Positions 28,031-39,190 of a stretch of 64,000 nucleotides of DNA are shown here, piece after piece. The position numbers were made by a program, and so were the translations under genes. The notes under the pieces are model-generated. The model was not told the DNA's origin. It did not search any database and saw only the letters and a list, made by a program, of their open reading frames with translations. The stretch is from Nageia nagi (taxonomy: Eukaryota > Plantae > Pinophyta), in the NCBI GenBank assembly GCA_050084985.1, contig JBITNC010000001.1, positions 72,292,001-72,356,000 of the forward strand, read 5' to 3'. Each line of letters opens with the position of its first letter. Position 1 is the stretch's first letter.

Positions 28031-29737
28031 AAGAGCAGTTTAAACATGTTTCCTGAAGTTATACCAAAACATATGCATTTCCTTTTGACATATTACTTCC
28101 ATGCATTTCCTAATTTTAATTTCGAGGGTCCTCAAAATGCAAAAATTTCAGGGGTGTTTGTGCCAACAAGTTTACAATATCTCATCATCCAAATAAGTTC
28201 TTTTTATATCTTTTTTTTAATTTGTGAATCGTAATTGGTAGATCTTTATAATATATATAACTATTAATATATTTTATTTCTTAGAGATAAATAAATGTAT
28301 TTATTTTAATTCAATATGTTTACAATTTGGTGAATTTGACTATTTTTATTTTTCAAAACTCTAGGTTTTGGTGAACCAAATGCTAAAAATGTTTTTGTCC
28401 AAAACACAATAATTTATCAATATTTTTTTAGATCCAAATACCCATACGCACTCCAAAACCTTTGCCTCAACCCTAGGTTTTCGTGAGACCAATATTTTGG
28501 AGAAACTCTTATGAAAACTGTGATGTTCCCAAACCAAGAACTCTAGGAATAGCTCAAACAATTACTGAATTAATTCTCTAAACATTCCATAAATTCTAAA
28601 TTAGTCAAATATGCCCAAATCATGCTCATAAAATTATACTTATCACTCCACAATGACTCTAGAAATGGAATGAACTGTTTTAGGGGCAAGAATTATGTGA
28701 AACAAGTACTCAAAATGCCAACGTCAAACTTCTAAGTTTGAGATCTAGAGTATTAATCAAAATAACTTGAATAACATCATATCCATGCATGTTTTCTATA
28801 CCAAGATATTAGATCTCAACCATGCACAACAAAGATGCCACAAAAATATATCTTGAATTCCAAATGATCAAATGAGTAAAGAGAAATGTATTACAAGCCT
28901 TAGAATAGCTAGATCTGTGCCCTAAGGTAAGACGTCTCAACCAAGGAGACTAGATCTCACCTTAGGAACCCTCAAATATGCTCAAATTGGCTCTAGGAAC
29001 TGGTCATTTGAAGTACGAAGCCCTCCTCAATAGATCAAGAGGTACACACAAGCAATTGTAGTTAGATCCCAGATGGATCTCAGCATCAACAGGAGTTGGA
29101 GTGAATCCTTGATGGATTCCAGGACTCCTCATCAGTGATGACAAGTCTTCAGGTAACCCTAAGGAGTGCCAAACCCTATGTAGCAGTCGATAAGCCAAGA
29201 GGAATGCTAGGCCTCATGGTAGCAATCAGCTAAGGCTTGAGGAATGATGGACCTCAAGTACCTCCCTTGTGTGCACAAGAGGAATGGAAAGAGCTCATGC
29301 CCAAAAAATATCAATAATCAAGCATATCCTCCAATTGAGATTCTAATGGCCTTCTATAGAAGGCGTCTCATCCAAGGGATTGGCCGACCCAATCTAGACA
29401 TTCTAATTCCTCATTGGGATTAGAAGACATTATTAAACTCCCCAGGATGAGGCGTCTAGCCTAATTGACCTACCAAATTACAACTTAAGGCCTCATTATG
29501 TCCCATAAGTGAGATGTCACCTTTTAGGAGCATAGATTGAGGTCATTAATTACATTTTTACATCCGATGGTGGAAAATAGCCCAAGACTCCTAATTAGAT
29601 AATAAAATACTCCTAACTTACTTAAAATCACTCCTAGATCTCTAGAAGAGGGAAATCCAACCTTAAGTTTTTCAATTACCACATTTTTACACCCAAGATG
29701 AACACTCATCCACGTCGGGAAGCCATAAATGGCGTAA

Positions 29738-31530
29738 CTGCATCTAATTGCATAAAAGAACTTCCAATCAGAATGCTTCCTAGAGGAGGTGCGTTCCACA
29801 TCATGAGGAAGACTAGCTGAGAGTGAAGTGCTCATGAAAGTGACCTTGAAAAACAGAACATTACAAAAATTCATGTAAAATCTAGAAAAGTCCTACTTGA
29901 TCCAAAGCCTTTTCATAACCTCATATTTAACTTTAGTGCATCATGGCTTCATATTACAACAATTTGAACTTGATTTAGTTTTCTTTGAAGAAAATGTTAT
30001 GAAAGAGGAATATCAACTTTTCTTGTGACAAACAAAATACTTCTAATCACATCTAATTGCATCTAATTAGATGTAAATGGTGTAATTACATCTAATTGCA
30101 TTAAAGAACTTCAAATCACACAAAATGCTTCCTTGAGGAGGTGCATTCCACATCATGGGGAAGACTAGCTGAGAGTGAAGTGCTCATGAAAGGGACCTTG
30201 AAAAGCAGAACATTACAAAAACTCATGTAAAATCTAGAAAAGTCCTACTTGATCCAAAGCCATGTCATAACCTCATATTTAACTTTAGGCAGTGTTCCAC
30301 ATGGTTGGGGAATGGAGAAACAGGGAAAGTGTATCCGGGAACTAGGAAAAAATAGGTCATGTTTAGGGAACGACAAGTATAATACTAGTAAAAATTATTG
30401 GAATTTTCAGATTTTTTAGATTTTATTGTTTCCAATTCATTACTATTATGATGAATGATCATATTATCAAATTCAATCATGTATACAAATTGAAAACATG
30501 GAATTGAAATTAGAAATCCAACTTCAAGACAAAATTGTAAAAAAACCAATAAATCTGATAACACAATCATAATGTCATAATAAGTTTGAATCATGATGTT
30601 ATTAGGTTTGAATCAAATACATAGAGTGGACATTGAAATGAGTATGTCAAATAGTGAAATAAGTATAATAAAATGAGTATTTCTTCCTCCTTGCTCTCTT
30701 TCTCCTCATTGCTGCCTTTTTTCTACTAAGTGCTGTTTTTTTCTCTTTTAGCTACACACAATGAAAATTGATTACAAAAACACTTTTGAATGGAGTTTAT
30801 AAGATGCTTTTAGGGTTAGAGGGGTTGGGAATGTTGGTGGGTCCAGACTCCAATCCCATGCACTTTAAGTGCTTTTTTTTAAGTCAAATGTTGTTTTTCT
30901 TTTTCTAGTTAAGTATGTCAAATAGTGAAATAAGTATAATAAAATGAATATTTCTTCTTCCTTGCTCTTTCTCCTCATTGCTGTTTTTTTCTACTAACTG
31001 CTGTTTTTTCTCTCTCCTAGCTACACACAATAAAAATTGATTACAAAAACACTTTTGAATGGAGTTTATAAGATGCTTTTAGGGTTAGAAGGGGTGGGAA
31101 TATTGGTGGATCAAATCCCATGCACTTTAAGTGCTTTTTTGTTTTAAGTCAAATGCTGTTTTTCTTTTTTTTTACCTCTAAATCTGCCCAAATTTGAGGG
31201 GGAACGACAAGAAGTCCTTAGGAACAGCCAGGGAATGCCAGAAGTTCCCTATGCCGTTCCTTAGCCGTTCCCAAATAGAGGAATGGTTCCCTAACCCTGG
31301 GGGATAGGGAACGGTTGGGAAACGTTTCCCTAGGCGTTCTCAAGTTCGCAAAACCGGGGAACTCTGGGAACACCTCCTTGAAGAGGGGGAACGTGTCTTC
31401 GTGGAATATTGACTTTAGGGAATCATGGCTTCATATTACAACAATTTGAATTTGATTCAACAATTTTTTGGAGAAAATGGTATGAAAGAGGAATATCAAC
31501 TTTTCTTACACCACAAACAAAATACATAGA
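29738..31530. repeat. ~350-bp tandem duplication; second copy split by the hAT derivative
   Basis: catctaattgca...gaggaggtgc...gaagactagctgagagtgaagtgctcatgaaag...cctcatatttaacttta occurs at about 29740 and 30089. The second copy resumes at 31420. Confidence 0.85.
30290..31411. mobile_element. Non-autonomous hAT deletion derivative (MITE-like) of the hAT-3 family
   Basis: TIR CAGTGTTCCAC / gtggaatattg. Perfect 8-bp TSD actttagg (30282-30289, 31412-31419). Both subterminal regions align with 43631-44060 and 46990-47508. Internal ~270-bp duplication. Confidence 0.92.
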
Positions 31531-31779
31531 ATAATCAGAATACACAAAATAATAAAAATGCTCAAGGGCCAACTTTGTCCGCTTTAGGGATTCAAAAAAA
31601 TCAAAATTGTGAAAACTATTGGATCAAACTAGAGCTGAAATAAAATCTATTAAATTAGAAAGTGTTCCACATTACTCTTACATAGTTATAGGTCAAAACC
31701 CTCTTTCACATGACTACAAATCTCCAACATTTGAAATGTTTAATGGAGAAAAGATCCAAAATAACATTTATTTCATGCT

Positions 31780-31991
31780 GTGAGACATTGGTGTAGTGGT
31801 AAGAGCTCTTGGTCTTCCTTTGGGAGGTCATGGGTTCCAATCCCACAAGCCAAAGAGAGGAACATATACCCATGTGGAGGGGTAATAAAGGAAGTGATAA
31901 AACTTGTCTGGGTGCTGGTAAAGGCCGATCAAGGTTTCCAATGTGATAGGTTATAAGGACTCCCCATTACATGCACATGGATATAGATTCC
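31780..31991 (+). mobile_element. tRNA-derived SINE
   Basis: A-box TGGTGTAGTGG and B-box-like GGGTTCCAATCCC. The body is repeated in reverse at 53970-54153. Confidence 0.75.
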
Positions 31992-32049
31992 TTGGATCTA
32001 ACCCAAAATGTTGTGGGGAATTACCCACAAAGAGATCTCTAAAGTGGAG

Positions 32050-34480
32050 TTGAAGGTGAACGGATCCCTAGTTAAGTGGATTCCTCTTCCAGAAGGTTGG
32101 GTGAAGCTCAACTTCAACGGGGCCTGCAAGGGCAGCCCAGGGCCTTCTAGGGCAAGGGGACTTGTAAGAGATCACTAAGGTAAAATTCTGATTGCATTTG
32201 CAAAGAATATTGGACTGCAATCGAGCCACTTCGTAGAGGCACGAACAACTTTCCAAAGGGTAAAACAACTTAAGGATAAAGCCTTTGAGAGGGCAATTAT
32301 TCAAGGGGACTCCTTAAATATGATTAACACTTTAAGAGGAAACCAAGACCCTACGTGGAATTGACGCATATATTTTGAGAAGATAAAAGCATGGTTAAGT
32401 GGGTTTGTTGAATACCAATTGTCTCACACTTTCAGAGAAGGAAATGGGGCATCTAATATCTTGGCCAATTTGGGTCTTATCCAAGAAGAGATTGTCATCT
32501 GGGAGGAGGATCCTTTAGACGCCCTGGTTCTACAAGCGACTTTAGACCTCTCCTATGAAATACATCATAATTCATAATTGGAGACTATTGGATTTTTCGG
32601 TTGGAGGGGCCTAGAACAAGGAAATTTTGTTAAAAGCTGGCCAACATAGTCACTGTTCCATAATCTTTCCAAAATTTGTTAAAGGAAAATTTGGTAGCTC
32701 TCATGACTTCTCATTTTGGAAATTGGCATCACCTTGTACCATGAGGTGTGGATTCTGACGGATCAAGAGTTAGATCCTCCCACTTCTAGCCATGTTATCT
32801 TGTTTCATACATGTTGCACATGTAATGAGTAATGCCTATCCCTTGGCAGTACTTGATCGGCTTCCAAGCATGGTGAGTTGGCAGGGTTCACAGATCCTCT
32901 TCTTCCAAGGGAGGATTCTCATCGGAGTTGGATGATCATGAATTATTATGCTTCTCAATTGGAGCGTGTGGAGGAGTCGGGTTTCCTGAGTGCATTCATG
33001 GCTTGGAATGGGCCGTATCTTGCCTCAGACAATCGGTTATATCCCCTTCTCCTCTCTTTTTTTTCATTCTGCTTGGTGTTTTTTGGTTTCTCTTGGTTGC
33101 TTTTGGCTTTGCTATGGAAATAGGTCGTGTGGAACTAACTTCACTGGAGGTGGATCAAGAGGTAAGGGCCACGCTGGAGAGAGGAGGCTTGTGGGATTTC
33201 TTGAAGAAATTCCCTTTGGCGGATATGGACCTTGCAGTTACTTTGGCAAGGTCTTAGGTGAATGGGAAAATTTCAGCCATGGTAATCAAATGTTACATCA
33301 CAGTGGAGTTGCTTTAGGAAGTGTTTGGCTTAGAAAGGAGATAAACCTTAATAGAGGAAAACATTCGTTGAAAAATGAAGTGGACCTCTTCTGTAAGGAG
33401 GCCATCTCAACCTCGTCTTGGGTGCGCTTTCATTAGAGTATCCAATGTGATTCCCTCTTGGAACCATGGGGTAAGGTGGTGCTAGTCATCATGCAGTTTT
33501 TTACGCTTGACAAGAGCCAGGAATTGGTGAGGAGTTTCCATGTAGCTTTTATGAACCATATCCAAGGTCACAAGAAGTTAAAGATCCCTCTATTGTAGTT
33601 GAATTCTTTGGAGAAATCCTTTGTTTCTTTCTAGCAAAGATGTTTAACAAGTCCAATGCATGCTAGCCTGTTGACACTTCTCTTCTAGTTGTGCAGACCA
33701 AGAAAAATGGGAGCAAGTTCTTAGTACACTCATCGTCAAAGAAATTTGACTTGGGTTGAGGGGACCTTGGAAAGTTGGACTCAGAGATGCCGGTGAAGTT
33801 GGAATCTGGATGCTCTTCCATGAGTGCCTCGTTTGAAGTAAAATTTGTGGAGGATAAGGATTTCTCCATGAGCAAAGATATCTCCTCGATGGACACGACA
33901 AAGGTGGTAAAGCCCTTGGGTAGTACAAAGATAAGCTCTAGTTGATCTAAGGCCTCACCCTCGAAAGTAAAAGAGCTTGCCTCGGCTTCTAAGGGGTAGG
34001 AGCCAACCTAGGTCATGAAAGGAAAGGATTTGGCCTTAGTGGTGAGAGGGAGGAGCATGCTGCAACTTCAAAAGGAAAGGGGACTAATTTAGAAAGCACT
34101 TCGAGTAGGAAACAAAAGACTAAAGAGCCCTTTGAGCCCACTACCCTTAGTAGTTTGAAGGACTAGAGTGAGTCCCAAGAAGAAGGGTATGGTGACCTCG
34201 ACAACCCCTTGTTGACTACGTAACACACCTTGAAAGTTTTGCAATTTTGATGACCCACTTTTAGCTAGAGCAGTGGAAAAGATCGTCTTCGAGACATGAG
34301 ATGATATATTTTTGAAAGGCACCATGCGGTAGAAACTCAGATGGAAGGATGTCAAGATCCAAGTTCGATTCATTGCTAGATTTCAATCAACACCTTTCGG
34401 AGCCATTCTAGACATTACTTACTATTTTAGTAAGTCGGGTTAGGGTTTGTCAGCTTGATCAAGGGACATTATTATTTTCT
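32050..34480 (+). mobile_element. L1-type LINE 3' part: RNase H domain followed by a decayed extra ORF (about 33113-34330)
   Basis: KWIPLPEGWVKLNFNGACKG.PG, IIQGDSL and SHTFREGN..SNILANLG (plant L1 RNase H). The 3' motifs at 34390-34460 resemble 53425-53500. Confidence 0.65.
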
Positions 34481-35412
34481 TGGTTGCCAGAAGGATAATT
34501 CAATTAGTGGCCGATATTTTAAAGAGGTAATTAATTTTTTTTTAAATTTAATTTTTTAACACTATGTATTAAAGTTAAATTTTTTGACTTTATTGTTTTA
34601 GAATTAAGTGTAAAAAAAGGCATTAGGGAGGCATAAGTGAGATATAATCCAAATTAAAATAAAGTGCCTAGGTGGAATTAAATATATATGGGGCCAACAT
34701 TGGAAAAAGGGTGAAGGCAAGCACCAACATTAAAAAAGGGGCAAACTCAAAATAAATATTTTAATGCCATTATGGAGGTTGATTTCAAAGAGAAAAATAT
34801 TTATTTGGTTGGCTGCTTCATTGACTCTTATTGCATTATTCACAAAGTGTTATTCCCGCATTTAGTTGCATAAGGTTTTTTCTTTACAAGAGACTCCGGA
34901 TTTCTTTACCAAAATGCCCATAAAATCTGGATGGATGTCCGTAGATATGTCCAAGTTTATTATGGTGAGAAATGCAGTCCGATTTCATCATTTCAGACAT
35001 GGAGAATGGGTCTGCGGATGTGTTTGCTGGGTGCATGCGATGGCAGCCATATTGCAACCAAGTTTATCTCAAGATTGTTCTAACAAGCATTGTTGTGGGG
35101 ATGCAAACTGATGCCATCAAAGAATGCTCTTGTGGAGATTTTTTTTAGTGTGTGCAACTCATATGGCTGCCCATTCCTATCTTTGTTAATATATAATTCC
35201 AATTGCAAGGAGTGAACATGACATAAAAGGGTTTCTTTTTACAAAATATATGCCCATAAAAGCTGGATGGAGGTTCGTGGATGTGTTTACTTGGTGTGTT
35301 CATACTGCGGCCAAATTCAATGTGGAGAGAGATGTGAACTGACTCCTAAGAAGGTATTATTTAGCCATTAGTATATAATCATTATTGAATTTTACGCGGG
35401 ATTCACTAAAAA

Positions 35413-36060
35413 TGTAGAAGGAAATAAAATATAAATGTATTAAAATATGCACAAATTTTCTTTTCTACAAAAGAAAACTAGATTTATAGCAATATGCAAG
35501 ATTAGAGATCTAGAGGACTTATTATTTGGAGGGGGGGTTTGGAAGCCTGGTGATGTTCCATTTGTGATCTTGGAGGGTGAATATTAGTTGCAATAGGATG
35601 ATAGATATGGATGATTCTCATGATGATTTTGCATGTGATGATCCGAAAGATAATTTTGAAAATAATGATTTTGAAGATATTTTTGAGGATGATTTTGGTT
35701 TTAGATGATGCTAGGATTGATGCACAGACATTTTGGAGACATCAAGCTCAAATGTGCGAGTCATCAAGCATTTGGATTATAATATCCATACTCTAGGATG
35801 AGAATGACAAAGTATTGTGTGTTTCAAAACAATGTGCTTGAATGCCAAGTGTGACTTGACATATCTAACTTTGAGTTCACCTAGGTATACCCATCTCATC
35901 TAAAACAATGTGCATATAAGATAATGCTAATTTAGAAGATTTCACCTAAGTTAGCCTAGAGCAAGCAAAAATAGGGTTGAATAGCTATTTTTATATAAAT
36001 CAAGTAAATTATCCAAATAAAGTCATTTTAGATTAGTTAAAATACAATTTAAATGTCTAC
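35413..36060 (-). mobile_element. Old LTR, with a degenerate tRNA-Trp-like PBS adjacent at about 35388-35408
   Basis: Homologous to 20512-21230. The flank aattttacgcgggattcactaaaaa resembles the tRNA-Trp 3' end GATTCACGTCGGGTTCACCA. Confidence 0.5.
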
Positions 36061-36417
36061 TATGAAAGAGACCCATGGGATTTGAACAAAACTCCATGAT
36101 ATATTGAATGAGAGAGATCCTGATTACAATGAGACACTCCTATTTGAAGGAGGCAAAGAGAGGGGTTATGGGAGGAACTACCACATAACCAAATAACATT
36201 ATTAACCAAAACACAAAACATTATTATTAAATACAACACCTAATATATTCAGATTAGGGTTGTTAACATTCCCCCCCTAATCTGAAGGGGTAGGTGTAAG
36301 TCCGAGCATTTTTCTGAATCTCTCTCATTCAATCTAAGTTGCACAAAACGTAGAAACGTTTCCGAGTTTCCAAAACAGGTATGCCAAGAAATGTGACCCC
36401 TCCAAAATGGAAACGTG

Positions 36418-36429
36418 ATATACATATAC

Positions 36430-36492
<63 letters not shown>
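36418..36492. repeat. (TACA)n(TA)n microsatellite
   Basis: Directly visible. Confidence 0.95.
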
Positions 36493-36496
<4 letters not shown>

Positions 36497-36809
36497 AGTA
36501 TATCTCACAAAATAGATGATTACATGTTGATTACATGTTGATTAAATGATGCATACATCAAATGCCAAAATCCCATATTAACTCCCACATTACATGATGC
36601 AAACAACAAAAATATTAACTCCAAAGAACAAATGGTAGGCATATTATATTAACTTCCTTGGATCATTACATGATGCAAATAACAAAATCCAAAATAAGCC
36701 TTTATAGATGAAGCTTTACATCCAAAGCAAGCCTTTATACATGAGGCTATATATCCTAGAAACAAAATAAAACATCGCTAAAGAAAGCAATCAAAATTAC
36801 ATATTCTCA

Positions 36810-39190
36810 TTAGTCATCCTCATCTTCAAAAATAGAACAAGATGCTTGTTCAACAGAAGTAATGCGAACATTGGAAGAAGAGGCACCAATACTACTAGCA
36901 CCACTACCACCAATATCAAGAGCAACAAGAGAGAGTTCCAAGTCTGGGTTCTTTGGATCCACATCCCATTCTTTATGAGGCCCACTTGTATATTCTTCAC
37001 TCCTACGAGACACAAGATGTTGGTTTGAATGCACATATACAAGATCCTCAGCCTTTTGTGATCCCAACCTGTTCCTCTTCACATTATGAATGAAACCATA
37101 AGTGCTCCAATTTCTTTCAGTTGCTAAAGAGCTTGCCACTTGTGATAGAATATGAATGGCAACATCTTGCAAATGTACACCTGCATAAGAACAAGACTAT
37201 GCATGAGCATGTTGTTATGTAATGTTACATAAAGTAATATTACAAAGCAAAAAAGTAAGCACAAAATGTACACCTACAGCCCCATAACAAGTCCACCACT
37301 TAATCGGGGTCATGGTGGTCCTCTCCTCCAAAGCTGATATGTCTTCAAATTCCTGTAATCCAGCAGTAAAAGCTGCAAATTCATTCCTCAATTAAGTTTG
37401 TAGAAGAGCTGGAAACAACCTTTGGAAGGCTTTTTTCACTCCACTTGCCACCTCCTTGTGCTTGTGTGGGGCCTTTCTCTTCCCATTGCTTTTAGCAATG
37501 AGTTCTTCATCATAAAAGTGTGGCGTGAGAGCATGTGCCAACATGTGCAATGGAGTGTTAAATCCATTCCACCTTGTAACCATGACGGTCCTCACCTGCG
37601 TCAAATTTAAAAAAAATGTCAACACATTTAAATTTTACATTTTAAATTTTTAAGCAGATATTGATATAATGCATTATTGAAACATTGATGGTCATGGACC
37701 TCACTTGGTTTACAAAATCAAAATCAACAAAGACAAGCATGGGAGCCTCCTATGTGATAATTTCCAGAGTTTTCTCAATCATGGTATCCATGCCATCATA
37801 AACCTCTCTCAAGAAAGGTTTATCTATGTCTGCTTCTCAAAGAAGCTCAAATGTAGGTGATGTGTTTTTCAGCAAGAAATCCACCTTCATCCACCAATCC
37901 TCATCAATCAACACCCTTCGCACCACATTTCCCCTCTCTGAATTTGATTGTCTCCACTTAGCCCATGTAGGACGCACCACCATACCTAACAATGCTGATT
38001 TCACCTGAACTAGCCGCCTCAACATGATGAAGTTTGAGGCATATTTTGTTTTAGCAACTTTGAGCAACTCCAATTTGGAGTGTTCTCGAAAAATTGCTTG
38101 AGATAGGTGATGGTTGGTGATAAATTTTATGATATCTCTTGCTTGCCCTATGACCTCCTTAATCCAATAAGTTTTATTCTCTATCTCCTCTAAGATCAAA
38201 TTTAAATTGTGGACAATGCAAGGAGTCCAAAAAAATGATTGTACCTACTCTCAACAATCATTCCAGCTGCTTTGCAAACAGGTGCATTATCTATTATAAC
38301 TTGCACCACTCTATTTGGGCCTACTTGCTCAATAGCAGTAATTAAAATGTTAGCAATAAATTTCATGTCTTTTACCTCTCCAGAATAATCTTCAGTTTTC
38401 AAAAACATTGCTCCAGCAGGTGATGATGCAATGACATTGATCAATGGCCTATTTTTTGTATCTGTCCAGCCATCTGAAATGATGACACCCATGAGCTGCT
38501 CCATGAGTTTCAAATAGGTTTTAAAACATCATCAATAAGGTTCTTCTCTTTAGCCAGCAAAGTAGTTTTGACTTTTTCATAGTTTGGCCCTTTAAAACAT
38601 CTAGAGGTTGTGTTAATTGCCCTCACCATATCTTGCTAGTATGGAGACCGAAGCACATTAAAGGAGATGCCACAAGCATAGAGGGCCCTTGCCACTCTAG
38701 TCTCTGCTTCCTCTCTCTCTTGAGTGTTGAACATTTTCAACAATCTTCTTTCATTTTGTGAATCAGGATTGGCCATCTCATTTTCAGCAGTTGTTGCTCT
38801 CCTCTTTCTTGCTTCATGCACAATCCTTGGCTCACCACCAGCAGCCAAACGAGTATTTGAACTTTGACCAATTTTGCTTCTTTGATCTTTCAACCTTTGA
38901 GCATCATCACTCTTACTTTGGAACTTGGCCCTCACTTTTGTTTTTTTTGAATGTTGACAGCCATCAATCCCCTTCCCTTCCTCCAAAATGCGAGCCTTGA
39001 ATCTTGTGTAAGAGCCCTTGTAGGGCTCACATTTTGACATAGATTACACCTCCATTCCCATGAACCTCCACCAGACATTTTTTTATCTTAGTCACATACT
39101 GCCAAAGGGGATAATATTCTTCCTGTTTGTTTGATTGAGGTGTTCTTGGGGTTGGAGACAGACCACTCGCAGAACCAGAAGCCATCTTGC
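36810..39190 (-). pseudogene. hAT transposase pseudogene
   Basis: YKGSYTRFKA (BED region), IISDGWTDTKNRPLINVI, FITNHH, WNGFNTPLHMLAHAL and SSLATERNWS, with several stops and frameshifts. Confidence 0.9.

Larger units (their letters stand above)
21725..28168 (-). mobile_element. Giant solo-LTR-like element A (~6.4 kb) carrying an orphan ORF
   Basis: On -, it starts TGTTGGCACAAACACCCC and ends GGAAAGAAAAACATACCAATA, matching the termini of B and D. TATTTATA near 22750. No gag/pol. TSD not confirmed. Confidence 0.65.

Noticed and set aside
28163-28167. ccaac as the TSD of element A (matches 21720-21724)
   Set aside because: It would remove the TGTTGG terminus that matches B and D. Left unresolved.
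31780-31860. tRNA genes (also 53870-53945 and 39820-39892)
   Set aside because: A/B boxes only, with no proper cloverleaf or anticodon arm. Treated as SINE heads.
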